Part shown: one piece after another, positions 11,430 to 25,109 of the stretch | Layout of the letters: every line of letters starts with the position of its first letter | Position numbering within the stretch: position 1 is the first letter of the stretch | Assembly (NCBI RefSeq): GCF_001194135.2 | Contig: NC_068983.1 | Span: 66,196,672-66,260,671 of the forward strand | DNA from: Octopus bimaculoides | Taxonomy: Eukaryota | Direction of reading: 5' to 3' | DNA length: 64,000 nucleotides | Notes under the pieces: model-generated | The model's input: only the letters and a program-made list of their open reading frames with translations | The model's database searches: none | Told to the model about the DNA's origin: nothing | Translations under genes and position numbers: made by a program

Positions 11430-14083
11430 AGATAGAGTTGTTGGTCCTAAAATGGTCACAAACTAGTAAAAATTAAGATATGTTTGAATTGATAGAAAAT
11501 TAGTAAATGAACCAAGTACACAAGATCCACAGAAAAGGTTGGCTAATAGCACTTTTTTCTTTGGATCATGTCTGCTTAGTTCATTTGAAATTGACAGCAT
11601 ACAGAAAAGAATCAATGAAGAGATGAGAGGTACCAAAGAAAGAGTGAATGTAGACATCTTCAAGTTGAAATATTAAATGAAAACAGCATGAACTCTCAAT
11701 GGAAAGAAATGAAGTTGATATGGAAGTAGAAAACAGAAACAATATGAGCAAAGATAATGGGATTGACAATATACAAAGCATTTGAAGGGAACACATGTAA
11801 ACAACGCAGTCATGAAAACATTTGTAAAATATGAAAATATATAAAAAAAAGGGGAAGTGAAAAATTTTGATGGGATTAAAAGAAATATTTCAGAAAGCAT
11901 AAAGCTATTAAAAGTACTAACAGAAGAAAACTACCAATTAAAATACAAAAAATTGATGTGATACTTGACCATGTTACAGTTACAAGCATTATTGACATCA
12001 TAATTCAATTTGTGCAGCTTTGCAGAGAAGAAAGTGAAAAAAGATCCTTGGTAGAAAAGACAGATGGAAAGGGATATAAAGATACTTGGAAAAAACCTCA
12101 GCAGCATTGAAAGCTATAACAAGAGTACTTATGAAAAGAACACAGCAAATCTTATCTTAAACAGCAGTATCAGTTGCATGAGAAGGAATTTAAGTACAAA
12201 ATCAACTGAAATAAAGAATTACACACAGAGCAGAGAGCCACTCATATTGAGCGTAACAGACATTTTTCTATCATATAACACAGATTTCAATATCATTCAT
12301 AGAGAGATAATTGAAACAGCAATATCAAATGCTGTGAAAACAATAGAATTTTGGCTTAGAATTCCAGGTTGTCCAATTAAATATGATGAAAATGCAGATG
12401 GATCAAAACAGCTGAAATGGAATTAAGCAGTAGAGAAACCAGAACTAATTTCTATAACAAGGATGACATCCAGCAGCAGGCAAAAATATTGTGAAATTAG
12501 AAAGTCCCAGAATCAGATGAGATCCAAAGTTCCTGAATAAAACATCTGAAAACCCTTACACAATCAAATCAAGAATCCTTTGAATAAATGTGTAAACTAA
12601 CAAACTGTAACAGAAAGGATGGTTGAGAGAACAACTTTAATAATGAAAGGTCCACAAAAGAAAAAGCTATAAAAAAGTATCAACTAATCACACATCTTTT
12701 CTCTGAGAAAACATGATCAAATGATGCAGAACAAATTCTACCTATTAAACAGGAAGGCAGAAAATATTTCAAAAGTGTTAAAGACCATCTAATGATTGAC
12801 AAAATGGTAATGAAAACTTGTAAGTGACAACAGATTAATTTGTGCAAGGCATGGGTCAACTTCAAGGAAGCTTAAAGATAGAGTCATATTCTTGGGGTTT
12901 TGGAGTCATTTAAAATGTTTAGTATAGCTGGAAACCTCATCAACATCTTCAGTGCTAGCATGATGTGTTTGGGAAACAAACTTGCTGGTGAATATGAGAT
13001 CATTGGGAAGTGTAGCCATTAAGAAGAAATATCTTCCAGGGTGATTCTTTTTTCCTGTTTGGTGGTTGTCACTGGGCTTATATCTAGTTAATTGACACTT
13101 AGAAAGGCAATACAGGCTACAGACTTGAAAAAAATGCATGTTTTCTAAATCATCTATGTTTCATGGATAACTTTTGTAAAATCTGAAAAATATATCAATT
13201 CACTTGTTAATACAATAAATATATGTTGCAATGATACTGAAATAGAGTTTGATGCATCAAAATATGCAACTTTAAACCTCAAGAGAAGGAAAAGGCTCAT
13301 TTTAAGGAAATAAACTTATCAGAAGAATGGATTTCAGAATTTGATGCTTGATGATACTGAGTATAACCAATATTTTGAAGAGCTTAAACACTGTATTGAA
13401 GTCCAAACTGAATTTAAGCAATCTGATAAATGTAATGAGCACATGAGCAGTTATCTTCACATGTTATATTACTGGAATAGTGAATTAGAAAACAAAATGA
13501 AATTGAGGCATTAGAAAGAAAATTTTAAATCCCTAATGATGCATGGTACACTTCATCAAAAAGCAAATGTTAGTTGCTTATGCTTGAAATGGAAGATTTG
13601 ATGGAGCTGACTCATTATTATTTCTGATTATATGAAAGAAAAATAGAGGATAGTAAACCACTACTTTGCAAAGAGTGAAAAAGATTTACTTAAAGAAGAT
13701 GCAACAGGCCTAAGACTTACTTGAGTGGAACTTAAAAAGAAGAAAGCTCAACAAAGTAGGAAAGAAAAGAAGCACTAAAAGAAATGGTGTTACATGATCA
13801 GTTCTACACAGACACCAAGAATGAGCAAAGTCATGACTCATCTTGGGTGTGGCTCCAGAGTGAAGATTTAGGGAGAAAGACAAAAATTTTACTGGTGGCT
13901 TCCCAATAACAAATTCTAAACACCAGTTCCATGAGCCAGAGTATGTATTCCACCACTTCAACAAACAAGTGTTGCCTATGGAATCAGCAAGTAAAAAAAA
14001 TTGATCTTATTGTTACAGGCTGTAAAATGTTAATTTAAAATTATTATAAGCAACTTCATGATAGTGTTTGTCTCAATTTACAC
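11430..14083 (+). mobile_element. Highly degenerate R4/Dong-type retrotransposon (RT and CCHC region)
   Basis: Remnants: IDKMVMK..NLCKAW (~12.8 kb), IFQGDS (~13.03 kb), NHLCFMD (~13.15 kb), EIEFDASKYATLNLKRGK, SWVWLQ, KCCL..LIVTGCKML, LHDSV..LH; ends in (GAT)n/(AAC,AAT)n. Confidence 0.75.
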
Positions 14084-14119
<36 letters not shown>

Positions 14120-14204
14120 CTACAATGATAACAATAACAACAATAATAAGACCTGAGATTTGGTGGGGAGTGGGAGGATAGTCATTTATATTGCCCCAAG
14201 TGTT

Positions 14205-14320
14205 TGCATAAGGCCTGAAATTTGTGGGGATAAGGGCTAGTTGATTACATCAACCCCAGTGCTCAACTGGCACTTATTTTATTGACTCCAAAAGCATGAA
14301 AGGCAGAGTCAACCAAAGTG
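14205..14320 (-). mobile_element. Second SINE family (Meta/Sauria-like central domain), 3' fragment
   Basis: Reverse complement of the GCCTTTCATCC..GTCGATAAA.TAAGTACCAG domain seen intact at 30.8 kb. Confidence 0.7.
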
Positions 14321-14393
14321 TGTTTCTTATTTAGGAACAAGACCAGAAAATTTACAGATGGTTATGTGGTGTGCGTGTATGAGTAGATGTAAT

Positions 14394-14650
14394 CGCCTTA
14401 CCTCGGTTTTCCTTTCGTCGACTGCGAGTCTGTCTTGCGGTATCCAATCCTTGAAGCTTGCCCCGACCCAAAGAACACCAGGAATAGCAGCTGCTTCTCC
14501 CAAACCTAGACCGTCACTAGACACGTCTTGTCCTGTCCGCGACCCCGTTCGAAAAAGGGCGTGAATCCCGATCGAGGCTCCCTCTGACCTTTTTCCTCTT
14601 CCGGTCAACTCGCCCTTCCGGTCAGCCTCCCCAGACACTGACGTCATACC
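14394..14650 (-). promoter_or_regulatory. CpG-rich promoter-like region and probable first exon with a strong 5' splice site
   Basis: Abrupt GC/CpG-rich patch in AT-rich DNA; CRE palindrome TGACGTCA 14639-14646; two ETS-type CCGGAAG sites (minus) at 14598-14604 and 14615-14621; donor CCGAG|GTAAGG at 14402/14401 on minus; not similar to other repeats in the window. Confidence 0.6.
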
Positions 14651-14848
14651 ACAGGTTAATCATTATAATCAACCCTAGTCTTTTATTAGCACNNNNNNNN
14701 NNNNNNNNNNNNNNNNNNNNNNNNNNNNNNNNNNNNNNNNNNNNNNNNNNNNNNNNNNNNNNNNNNNNNNNNNNNNNNNNNNNNNNNNNNNNNNNNNNNN
14801 NNNNNNNNNNNNNNNNNNNNNNNNNNNNNNNNNNNNNNNNNNNNNNNT

Positions 14849-15099
14849 ATATATATATATATATATGTATGTGTGTTTGTGTGTTTGTGTTTGTCCCCCC
14901 ACCATCGCTTGACAACCGATGCTGGTGCGTTTACGTCCCCGTAACTTAGCGGTTCGGCAAAAAGAGACTGAAAGAATAAGTACTTGGCTTACAAAAATAA
15001 GCCCTGGAGCCGATTTTCTAGACTAAAGGCGGTGCTCCAGCATGGCTGCAGTCAAATGATTGAAACAAGTAAAAGAGTAAAAAAAAGAGTAAAAGAGTA
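14849..15099 (+). mobile_element. CORE-type SINE, 3' half (after an N gap)
   Basis: CATCGCTTGACAACCGATGCTGG..GGCGGTGCTCCAGCATGGC..(TAAAAGAG)n tail. Confidence 0.9.
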
Positions 15100-16655
15100 A
15101 CTAAAAAAAAATACCACAAGGAATGTTTCCTTTTTCTCTCACAATTCTGCTGGCTCACCACCCACCCTTTTAAATGCTGGTTTTTACCAGCTGGTTGGTA
15201 TATATTTCAAGGATAGGCAACAAGTCTCTGAAATATTAAATTATCTTACTAGTAATCACAAAGACTTCGATGATTGCTGACAATATTACTTCTTCTTTGA
15301 TATCTTATGTCTTGTGCTATATTATTCTATATATTGTGATGGGACATCCATCTAATATGTCTCAACCATCTAAAGTCAGTGCTACACATGCATGAATATC
15401 AGATAAAACTTTTAGATAGAATATTGCAGTCTACTTTATGATATATAATTGATTTGGCACTAACACTATGAATATTGGTACCACTACATCCTTGAAAACA
15501 ACATCTTCAAATTCTTTTGAAGCACATCTTTGAACCATCAAATAAGTTGTGTTGATTTTCTCCAAGCCTTCCTTAACTGTAGTTGTAGTTCATAGAGCAA
15601 GAAGGTATTGCAAGTGACAGCTGTCTAACATCTCATCCAAAAGTGTATTTAAAGCAGTGATTTTTAACTTAGGCAGTAGTGCTTCCTTGAAAACATTCTA
15701 AGCTCACAAGAAGACAGTAAATGTCAAGAGAGTATTATGGAAGCACTTGGGTGTTTTGAGAGGTCATTATTTGTTTTCTATAATAAAATATTTAAACATA
15801 GTACAATACTTATGTCTTGAAAATACATTTTCAAGTAAAATCTTTGTCAGGATAAAAATATGAGTTTGACATTGTGTAATCAACGAGCAGAAATATAACT
15901 GAGGATGTCTTAAGATCTAATATAATTTCATTGAATAAATCACTGGCTCCTCTAGTAATTTCCATAAAAATATAACACAAAGAACACTTATCCACTGAAA
16001 TATCAAAAAATTAGTTGGTGCTGGATGGAAAGTATAAGAAAATATGATTAAAAATCCATTATACAAAATTTGTTTCTGTCTGATTTTTAAAATTTTGTTT
16101 ATTTTTATTTTATCTATTTATTTCATTATTTATTTATTTATTGCATTACATGCAAAAGGAGCGTTAGTAAAGCATCATTTCATGAAAGGGGTTCTAAGCT
16201 ATTAAAGGTTGAGAACTGAACCATTAATTTAAAGACTAATAATGATAAGTGTCACAGACAAAAGATTATGATTGTAAGAAGCCATTAGCGTGACACAGCT
16301 CATCCTTCTGATAAAATGATATTTCCTTTATACAACAAATTCACAAGGGAAAGGCATGAACATCATACTTCACATTTCCCCCCAACACCATTAAATGTAA
16401 AATATAAATCATTTCAGCCTTGTTAAAAATAAGCAATGTTTGAAAAGTAATAGATCATTTAACAATACAAGTGTAGAGAAATGATTGTAAAATATTTTGC
16501 CAAAAAAATCAATGGCTCATAAGTCAATATCAGCCCAATTAACTATTAAGACTGAATGTATGTATGCATGTATGTATGTATGTATGTTTGTATATTTGTA
16601 TGCATTATGTATATACGCATGTATGAATGAATGAATGTATGTATGTATGTATGAA

Positions 16656-16711
<56 letters not shown>

Positions 16712-17502
16712 TGTCTGTATGTCTGTCTATCTTTATATATGCCTGTATCTATGTGTGAATGTAAACCTATATATATAATATATATATATGTGCAAGTATG
16801 TGTGTGTGTATAGCTTAATGTATATAAGAATGTATTATATTTGTGTGTTATGTAATATATATTTATAAATATATGCATATAGATTTATAGATATATAGAT
16901 ATATAGATATATATATATAAACAAATGTATATGTGTATATTGCCTTTCTTATATGATGAAACTTCAGTGACTGTGATTATATATAGTGAAGTACTGTATC
17001 TAAGTAAATACATAAATATTCATCAGACTAATCAACACAATAGGAAGCTATATATTGACTTCAATTTAGAAATCATGGCAGGTGATTTACAATATATGTT
17101 AAATAACTTTCATGTGTCTATATTCTTGATCTATGTATTTAATATATTTGACAGGGGCTATGTGGTGAGGCACTGGGTATGATAATGTTTAAATTATACT
17201 GTGTAAATTGAAGCAGAGTATAGCTATTAAAAGTAACACAAAAACATACATGGAGATAAACTTTCTCCCCAACTCCCTCTTTTCTCTCTCTTTCATATAA
17301 GTATGATTTGATGTGTGTGTGTGTTGTGTATATATACCTGTAAAGTTTGTGTGCATGTTGGTGTGTATGTGCATATGTATATATTACAATATATGATACA
17401 TATACATAAGATGCAAATATAAAGGGAGATATAGAAAAGGAGATGTAGATATTTATGCCCGACATGTATACATACATTAGAAGATGTGTTTGTGTGTATG
17501 AA

Positions 17503-17533
<31 letters not shown>

Positions 17534-17544
17534 GATAATAGATG

Positions 17545-17590
<46 letters not shown>

Positions 17591-17898
17591 CATATATATG
17601 CATGTGTGTGCATTTATGTATGCATGTATGCATGTTCACTTCTATTTTTAATTGTTTAAAATATTTCTATAAGGAAGGAACTGGTTTCTCACAAAGATAC
17701 AAAGCTTAATTATTGGAATGCAATAAGAAAAACAAATTCCCATTCTAAACTTGAGAAAAGTCTTGCATACTCTTACTATTCCACTTACAGGTGCTCGTTT
17801 GCTGATTGATATCTTTTTCTAAAAATTTTAGCTTTGTCACTTAGACATTTATTCTCATAACCACGTATACCAGTTATTTTTAATTTATAATCAAGATA

Positions 17899-18020
17899 GG
17901 CGCAGTTCTGGGTTCAGTCCCACTACGTGGCACCTTGGGCAAGTGTCTTCTACTATAGCCTCAGGCCGACCAAAGCTTTGTGAGTGGATTTGGTAGACGG
18001 AAACTGAAAGAAGCCCGTCG

Positions 18021-18118
<98 letters not shown>

Positions 18119-18334
18119 TGTGTCTGTGTTTGTCCCCCCAACATCGCTTGACAACCGATGCTGGTGTGTTTACGTCCCCGTAACTTAGCGGTTCGGCAAA
18201 AGAGACCGATAGAATAAGTACTAGGCTTCCAAAGAATAAGTCCTGGGGTCGATTTGATTGACTAAAAGGCGGTGCTCCAGCATGGCCGCAGTCAGATGAC
18301 TGAAACAAGTAAAAGAGTAAAAGAGTAAAAGAGT
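17899..18334 (+). mobile_element. CORE-type SINE, little decayed, A-box region deleted
   Basis: GGCGCAG joined directly to TTCTGGGTTCAGTCCC; internal (TA)n(TG)n; (TAAAAGAG)3 tail; imperfect TSD ATTTATAATCA(A/G)GA. Confidence 0.92.
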
Positions 18335-18753
18335 ATATTTATAATCAGGACATAGAATTTAATACAAGATATAGAAACAGTATGTTTGCAATTATAATAA
18401 AATCTGACTGAAGACTCCTTTTTCCATACATTGTAATTCTAAAGACAATTCAATGTGCATTATAAATTGGGTATTTTTTCTAAGATTTCAATGCCCATAA
18501 TTACACGTGTGCATTATACATGAGTTCATATTTTATATAAATAAGCATGGCAGCACTGTTAACTATTTAAATTAAAGAATAGAGAATGATGGGAGGGAAT
18601 GGCAAGTTGCAATATTTGTGCCTTTCCACATGACATTAGAAACATGTGGAGTGAAATAATTTGCTTATTCATTTATTTCATGTAAACATTACAATACACA
18701 TAGCATTATCAGCTCTGTACCCCCCCCCACACATACACACACACAAATGCACG

Positions 18754-18785
<32 letters not shown>

Positions 18786-19622
18786 TCCATGCATACAAAT
18801 ATACACAAATACACTGATGTACTAATACATATTCAAACTTCGATCACATATTCACACACACAGTATATGCACATACATGTGCACTGACATACATGTGCAC
18901 TGACATACACAATACATGCATATACACAAACTATCCACATACACACATGTACAGATACACTCAGACATACAATATATATCTTTAACTATCTATACACATA
19001 CACATTCACTGAAATACTTATGAACTATGCGTACATATAAGTATACACTTGCCATGTACACACACATACTCACACATTAATTGCCCACACGTACACATAT
19101 ACACACCTTAATCATTGAAAAGACATACAAACTATACACAAATACATACTAATAACACGTACAAATACATTAACTACTCACTTAAGCACACACATACTCA
19201 AATATGCAGATATATGTACTCAGAAACACAAACACACACACATACACACAAACCCAGCAACACATGTATTTACACAGTTTAGAGTTTAAATTTAGCTGTA
19301 CAATACTTTAAAGACTTTACCATTCCACTGCAATTTGCCTAAAGCAAAGTAAATTTATTTCCCCTGTGGAAATGTCAGTGCTGAGGAACATGTTTCAAAT
19401 ATTCCAGATTTCTTATTAAGGTATCTTGTAATTAACAATCAAAAGCAACAATATACTTTCATGTCTTCCAAACTATATTTTAAGCACAACATACATCCTA
19501 TTAGTCAATCAGAAGTGGATGGTGAGGGAGGAGCAATACTCATGATGTATTTTGCAGATACTCTTAGACAATGCATTAAATGAATCTCAAAACATTGATA
19601 ATGAAGATGAAAAGATTAATTA

Positions 19623-19691
<69 letters not shown>

Positions 19692-20059
19692 CATATACAT
19701 GTATACATGCACACACATACACAAACACGCACAAATAGTATATAGCATATGTGTGTATATCTTTGTGTACATGTATCTACATATGTACAAACACACACAC
19801 ACACACACGTAAATAATGTAGAAATATCTTATATTTGAGATGTAAAAACATTGAAGCCAATATTCAGTTTAAACATGTGTAGCTTGACATCTGCAGAGTA
19901 AAAAAAAAGACATGTGTAAGAAGGGGAATTCTAGAACATGACAACTTTGCAAGGGAAGACAAGGTGGGGAGTGAGATAAAACCAAGAATGATGAAGGAAA
20001 GACCTGTGCGCTTATGTGTATTAGATGGGGGTGGTGTGGAGCATAACAGAAACTTGTTA

Positions 20060-20330
20060 AAACCTGGCTAAGTGGAAGTAGAAAAAATTTGTCAATGGCT
20101 CAGAAACACAAGATTCAAATGTAAGATGAAAGAAAGAATTTATTGTGGCATAAGAACAAAGCTTTTTCCACCTAAAACTACAAAAATATGCCATGGAGCA
20201 GAATACAAATTGAAACAGCAGAATACGTGATGGTTGTGAAGAAACACATTGTTTCTGGTTGCCCAGACTCGGTAAAAAAAGAAATATATACAAGCATCGC
20301 AGAGCTGGCACTTTCATACCCTGGATATGA
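20060..20330 (+). mobile_element. R4/Dong-type fragment (post-RT linker and CCHC region)
   Basis: WLRNTR..EFIVA*EQS and KHIVSGCPDSVKKE, homologous to the other R4-type relics. Confidence 0.65.
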
Positions 20331-20624
20331 TGTTAGCATTATGAAACAGCCACAGCAAAGGTATGGTGCAAATATATACTACAAAGGCCTCAGAGATTAA
20401 TGTGAAATACTAATTCATAGAAATAGAAAAATTTAGGAAAATTGTTGAGGTGTATCATTAAAATCCATCATGAAATTACTCAACCCTTTGTTGAAATATC
20501 AATTGTGAAAGACAGTAATAAGTAATATATCTCTAAAAGAAATAGAAAACAATGCAAACATAATGATCTAGAAAGAGGTCTTCAGAATAGAAATAATCCA
20601 AATATGAGGAACTGCTTGGGAATG

Positions 20625-20770
20625 ATGCCAGCATGGCTGTGTGATAAGAAGCTTTCTTCCCAGCCGCATGGTTCTGGGTTCAGTCTCACTGCATGGCACA
20701 TTGGGCAAGTGTTTACCACTATAACCTCTGAGTGAATTTAGTCGATGGAAACTGAAAAAAAGACCATTGT

Positions 20771-20815
<45 letters not shown>

Positions 20816-21000
20816 TCTGCGTGCGTGTGTGTGTGTGTCTGTGTGTTTCTGTTTGTACCCCCACTACCACTTGACAACTGGTGTTGGTGTATTTACATCC
20901 CCATTACTTAGCACTAGTTTTAAAAAAAGAGACTAATAGAATAAGTACTGGGCTTTAAAAAAGTGTCCTGGGGTCGATTCATTTAACTAAAATTCTTTCA
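20625..21000 (+). mobile_element. CORE-type SINE, degenerate
   Basis: GCATGGCTGTGTGATAAGAAGC head, TTGGGCAAGTG, (TG)n, AATAAGTACTGGGC..CCTGGGGTCGATT. Confidence 0.85.
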
Positions 21001-23549
21001 TCAAATTTGCTAGACACAGCATCTCACTTTCCAACCACACATCTTACTTCAACTAGAACTTCAGAAAGTTGGGAAAAATAATTCTGCTCTCAACACTTTC
21101 AAATGTATCCACTATATGACAACTTTGGTCCAGTCATCTAGTCATCAGACACATATAAATTGCTAGCTCTCCTTTGTTAAAAATGAGGTGGTAAAATGAT
21201 CTTTATGGATTTGGCCAATAACTGAATCTGTTTTGTACATGAGAAAAGCCATTTGACATATCTCTGCTTGTTAACAATGCTCAGCTACTAAATAAGTGTG
21301 CATGAAGAGTGCTTTTAATACTCCCAATGCAGCATTGCATATGCCCAAGGTGCACAGAGCAGCACTTGATTGTACAGTGAAAGCATATAATAAAAATAAA
21401 AGACTACAGAAAAAAAAAGGTGAGGTGTCTGAAAATGTAAACACTAGGCAAATACCTTAACATGTTTACCTTCATTTTCTACGTACTGATTTCAACGCCT
21501 GCTGAAGTTGATTGTGCCAGTTAGTCTTCCAAGGCAACCAAAAGAAAAGTAATAAAGAAGTTGATAGTTCCCTGGAAAAATTGATCTTTTGCCTACTCAA
21601 ACGAAATGATAACATTATTTGTATGAATGTGTATGTAGGTGATATCTATAATACTGTATCTAAAAGCTGATATTGTATTGTATGGATGTAAATAAGAAGT
21701 TCAATCAATTCTTTTGAAATATATTCTACCAGTGAAAAGGTCAAGACACATAATTATCATACATAAAACCAATTTTATGTTGCTGTATCATGAAATACAT
21801 TTTGACAAAACAGTTTTTGTCAGGTTATGATTTTGTTTAATGTTTCAAATACTTTCTTGATAAAACTTTTATGTATGTGTGTTTTAATCTTCTTGGTTGT
21901 ATAAATTCATTCCTAGTGCTTCTTGCCCTGTTCTGGTAAAAGAATAATTCTGAATAATAGTTAATATGTCTCAATGGAAAACGATAAAATATTCAAATCA
22001 GTAGCAATTGATTTAGTAATGTATTCAAAATTCATTTGCAATATGTTCAGTTTAGTTAATTTAAGAACTTGAGTCAATAGCTTCAGAACTATGTTCTATG
22101 TTTTCCCTCCTGGCACTTCAAGTCAACAAACTACTGATGACTTCCACAGTACAACCAGTGAGCAGTGATGACATTGAATTTAAGTATCTTGCTTACTGAA
22201 GCATACAATGCCACTGACCTGATTTGAACTAGTGACATCTTGGTTTGTTGTCCAATACCCTATCAACTCAAGCGATATATGTTCTCTCTTATTGTAAAAG
22301 TTGTGTGGAATATACCATACCATTCCACAATGCAAACTTGCAAATACTATTCTCCTCTTTGATAATGCTACAGAACAAAGCCATTTACTTTAGAAATCTA
22401 GATAATCTAGCACTACATACATTGGTTGAATAAAAGATTGGATAGTCATGGCTGGAATGCTTTTGATTATATATCTATTCAATCAAGCTGGCTTTGAGCT
22501 AAACAACAATGACTTAGAAACCTATGCTTTATACAGTAAATAGCTCAATTTACAAATATTTTATCAAATCAAATAGTTTTCCAGTGTAGATCAAGTTAAA
22601 TTTCCCAAGTCAAACTAATGTTGCTGTTGAATTTTTATATATTACTATTTTTCAAACTAAAATACTTTCAAATGGACCATTTTCCCCAAAGAATAGCAGC
22701 AAATTAGATGCATGGATTATAAATTGACACAGAATTGATAATGGAGAAAGCACTTATGAGGTGAAAATGGTTTCTAGATAAGATCAGTTATGGAATAAAG
22801 GCAATGTTAAATTTGATTGAAAATTATATCCTTTGAGGGCAATATCACATTAGAAGTGAAAATCATAGTGTTAAAAGAGAGTGTTAAAATAGCGATATGT
22901 TATAGAATTCAAATTTTTAGACCCAATAACTTCGCTAGAGATATTGAATAAGTTCACAGCATTTCTAACAGATCATTATGACAACCCAGTAATGCCAAAC
23001 AACGAGCACAACAAATAAATAAATAATACATTGAATAAGCTTCTTATATATTCACATGAACTGCTGAATGAGCAATAAAATCTGCCTCAATAAAATTCCA
23101 GTTGTTTTTAGAATGAAGAACAAACATCACACAAAGATCTTTAATGCTAATAGAAGAGACAAAAAGAGCTGCATTATACTGGTGTATGTGGATGACTGAA
23201 AGTGGTCAAGTATGTAGCTCCTATTCCAACATAGTAGTCGAAGTAGAAGGATGTTTATTCAATGAAAAGTCAAAACACCTTCAATGTATGATTTATTTCA
23301 GACAAAACTTTGCTTCATCAGAAGTCGTATGCTACAATGACTTTTAACACAAGGTATTCATTTGTATGGATAGAATATTGTCGATTGAATCAACTCAAGA
23401 GTATTTTGCTGGAACCTTATTTTAATGATTCTGGTTGGATTTGAACTCAGAATACAAAGAAACACAACTAAATAGTGGAACACATTTCATATGGCATTCT
23501 ACAAGTTTTCTATTTACAACTCTAAATAATAATGATAAGAAGAATTTCA

Positions 23550-23735
23550 AATTTTGGCACCAGGTCAACAATTTTAGCAGGTGGGGGGTTAGTTGATTAA
23601 ATTGAAAACAGTACTCAACTGGTACTTTATTTTATCAACCACAAAAGGATGAAACACAAAGTTGACTGCAGCAAGATTTGTACTCATTGTGTAAAAAACA
23701 AGAAGAAAAGCTGCCAAGCATTTTGTCTGATCTAC
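23550..23735 (-). mobile_element. Meta/Sauria-like SINE, degenerate
   Basis: AACTGGTACTTTATTTTATCAACC..AAAAGGATGAAA matches the reverse complement of the 30.8 kb copy. Confidence 0.7.
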
Positions 23736-23779
23736 TAACTCATCATCATCCTCATCATCACCATCATCATCATCATCAT

Positions 23780-23870
23780 CTACCAGTCCTTTGATTCCAC
23801 ACTGATACCAGTTTTTGTCCCTCAAGGCAAAGAACTCCTTCACTGAAGCTTCCACCTTCTCTTGGTGTTC
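23780..23870 (-). mobile_element. Mariner transposase C-terminal fragment
   Basis: EKVEASVKEFFALRDKNWYQCGIKGLV resembles the mariner C-terminal FF...WY..GI..L motif. Confidence 0.55.
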
Positions 23871-25109
23871 TTCTCTGTTTTTGATAAGTACTTATACAGT
23901 CTAATATCATTTTATCCTATTATGTCCAAAATTTAGGTTGATTTGTAGAATAAATACTACAAGGCAGATTGTTCTACATCCCTCTATCAATTTTGTCAAC
24001 AGATATTTGGTCAGGAATGTTGAAACTGCCATCAGAGTACATAGATTTTTGTTATCATCCTTGTTAGTACCTGGATGGTTTACTTGATCACTGTCAGTCT
24101 CTGTGAGCATATTCCTAATTACTGTTATTGTCAGATAATAGTTTGGTGTAGTACTTACAGTCAGTTTTCATTGTGAAGTTTCTGCATTTCCAAGTGGAAT
24201 ATGCCAAAAAGTTTCAGAAACAAATATATAAAGCAACAATAAAAAGACAACAAAATGACAAACATGAGCAGAAGATAACTAATTTTATGTTGGAAAGAAT
24301 AAACAAAGGAGAGTTCGTCAGGAAGAAAAGCAAAGTAGGGAAAAGAAGATTGAAATTCCATGAAAGCAGTTGTTACAAATGAAAGTTACAAAATGAATAA
24401 CAGCAATAGACAGAGTGAAAAGGTGTTTTACAGCTGAGAAAACTGTTTTTTCTTCTGAGGGAAATAAGGTGTGAGATGACATGCTATGTATACGAGTGTT
24501 TCACAGGTGCTGAGTCAGTCATGTCTGTAAATTTATTCTGTATTTTCCAAAACTGGGCAGCCAGAAGCTAAGTATTCTTTTTTTTTTTTCTGTATTGATT
24601 ACAAAGTCTGCAGTAGATGATAGCCTCTAGTTTTCAGGTGCAATAAAATAATGTACCATCAAGCAGTGAGGGTTGATAGTATCAACAAACACACTTACCT
24701 CAAAAACCACCTAAATTATTTTTGTAATTTTCAGTATGTTGGCAGAATTATTAGAGCATCAGACAAAATGAATTCTGACATTTGTAATAGTTCATTAAAT
24801 TCTGACTTCAAATCCCACGAAGGTTTTCTTCACCTTTCATCCATTTGGGAGTTGATAAATTAAAGTACCAGCCACGTACTGGGGCTGATGGTATCAACTA
24901 AACGCTTTCTATAAAAACCACTCACTTAAGCCTAAGTCATAGAACATTATTGTTGGAAAACATGGGATGTAGTGGCAGAGACTGACTTTAAAATGTCGAG
25001 CCTCTCAGAGGAGAAGATGGCATACTGTGATGAATGACAATATGCTGTATTTGAGAAGACCTGTCCATCTCAGATGAAGTAAAGTTTTGTCAAACCTTCC
25101 CTAGAACTC

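Noticed and set aside
21470-21571. 102-nt segment with good minus-strand acceptor and donor
   Set aside because: Stops in all three frames and no linkage to other exons.
23170-23196. CIILVYVDD, a copia-like RT motif
   Set aside because: Followed immediately by a stop, with no other copia motifs or LTRs nearby; probably chance.
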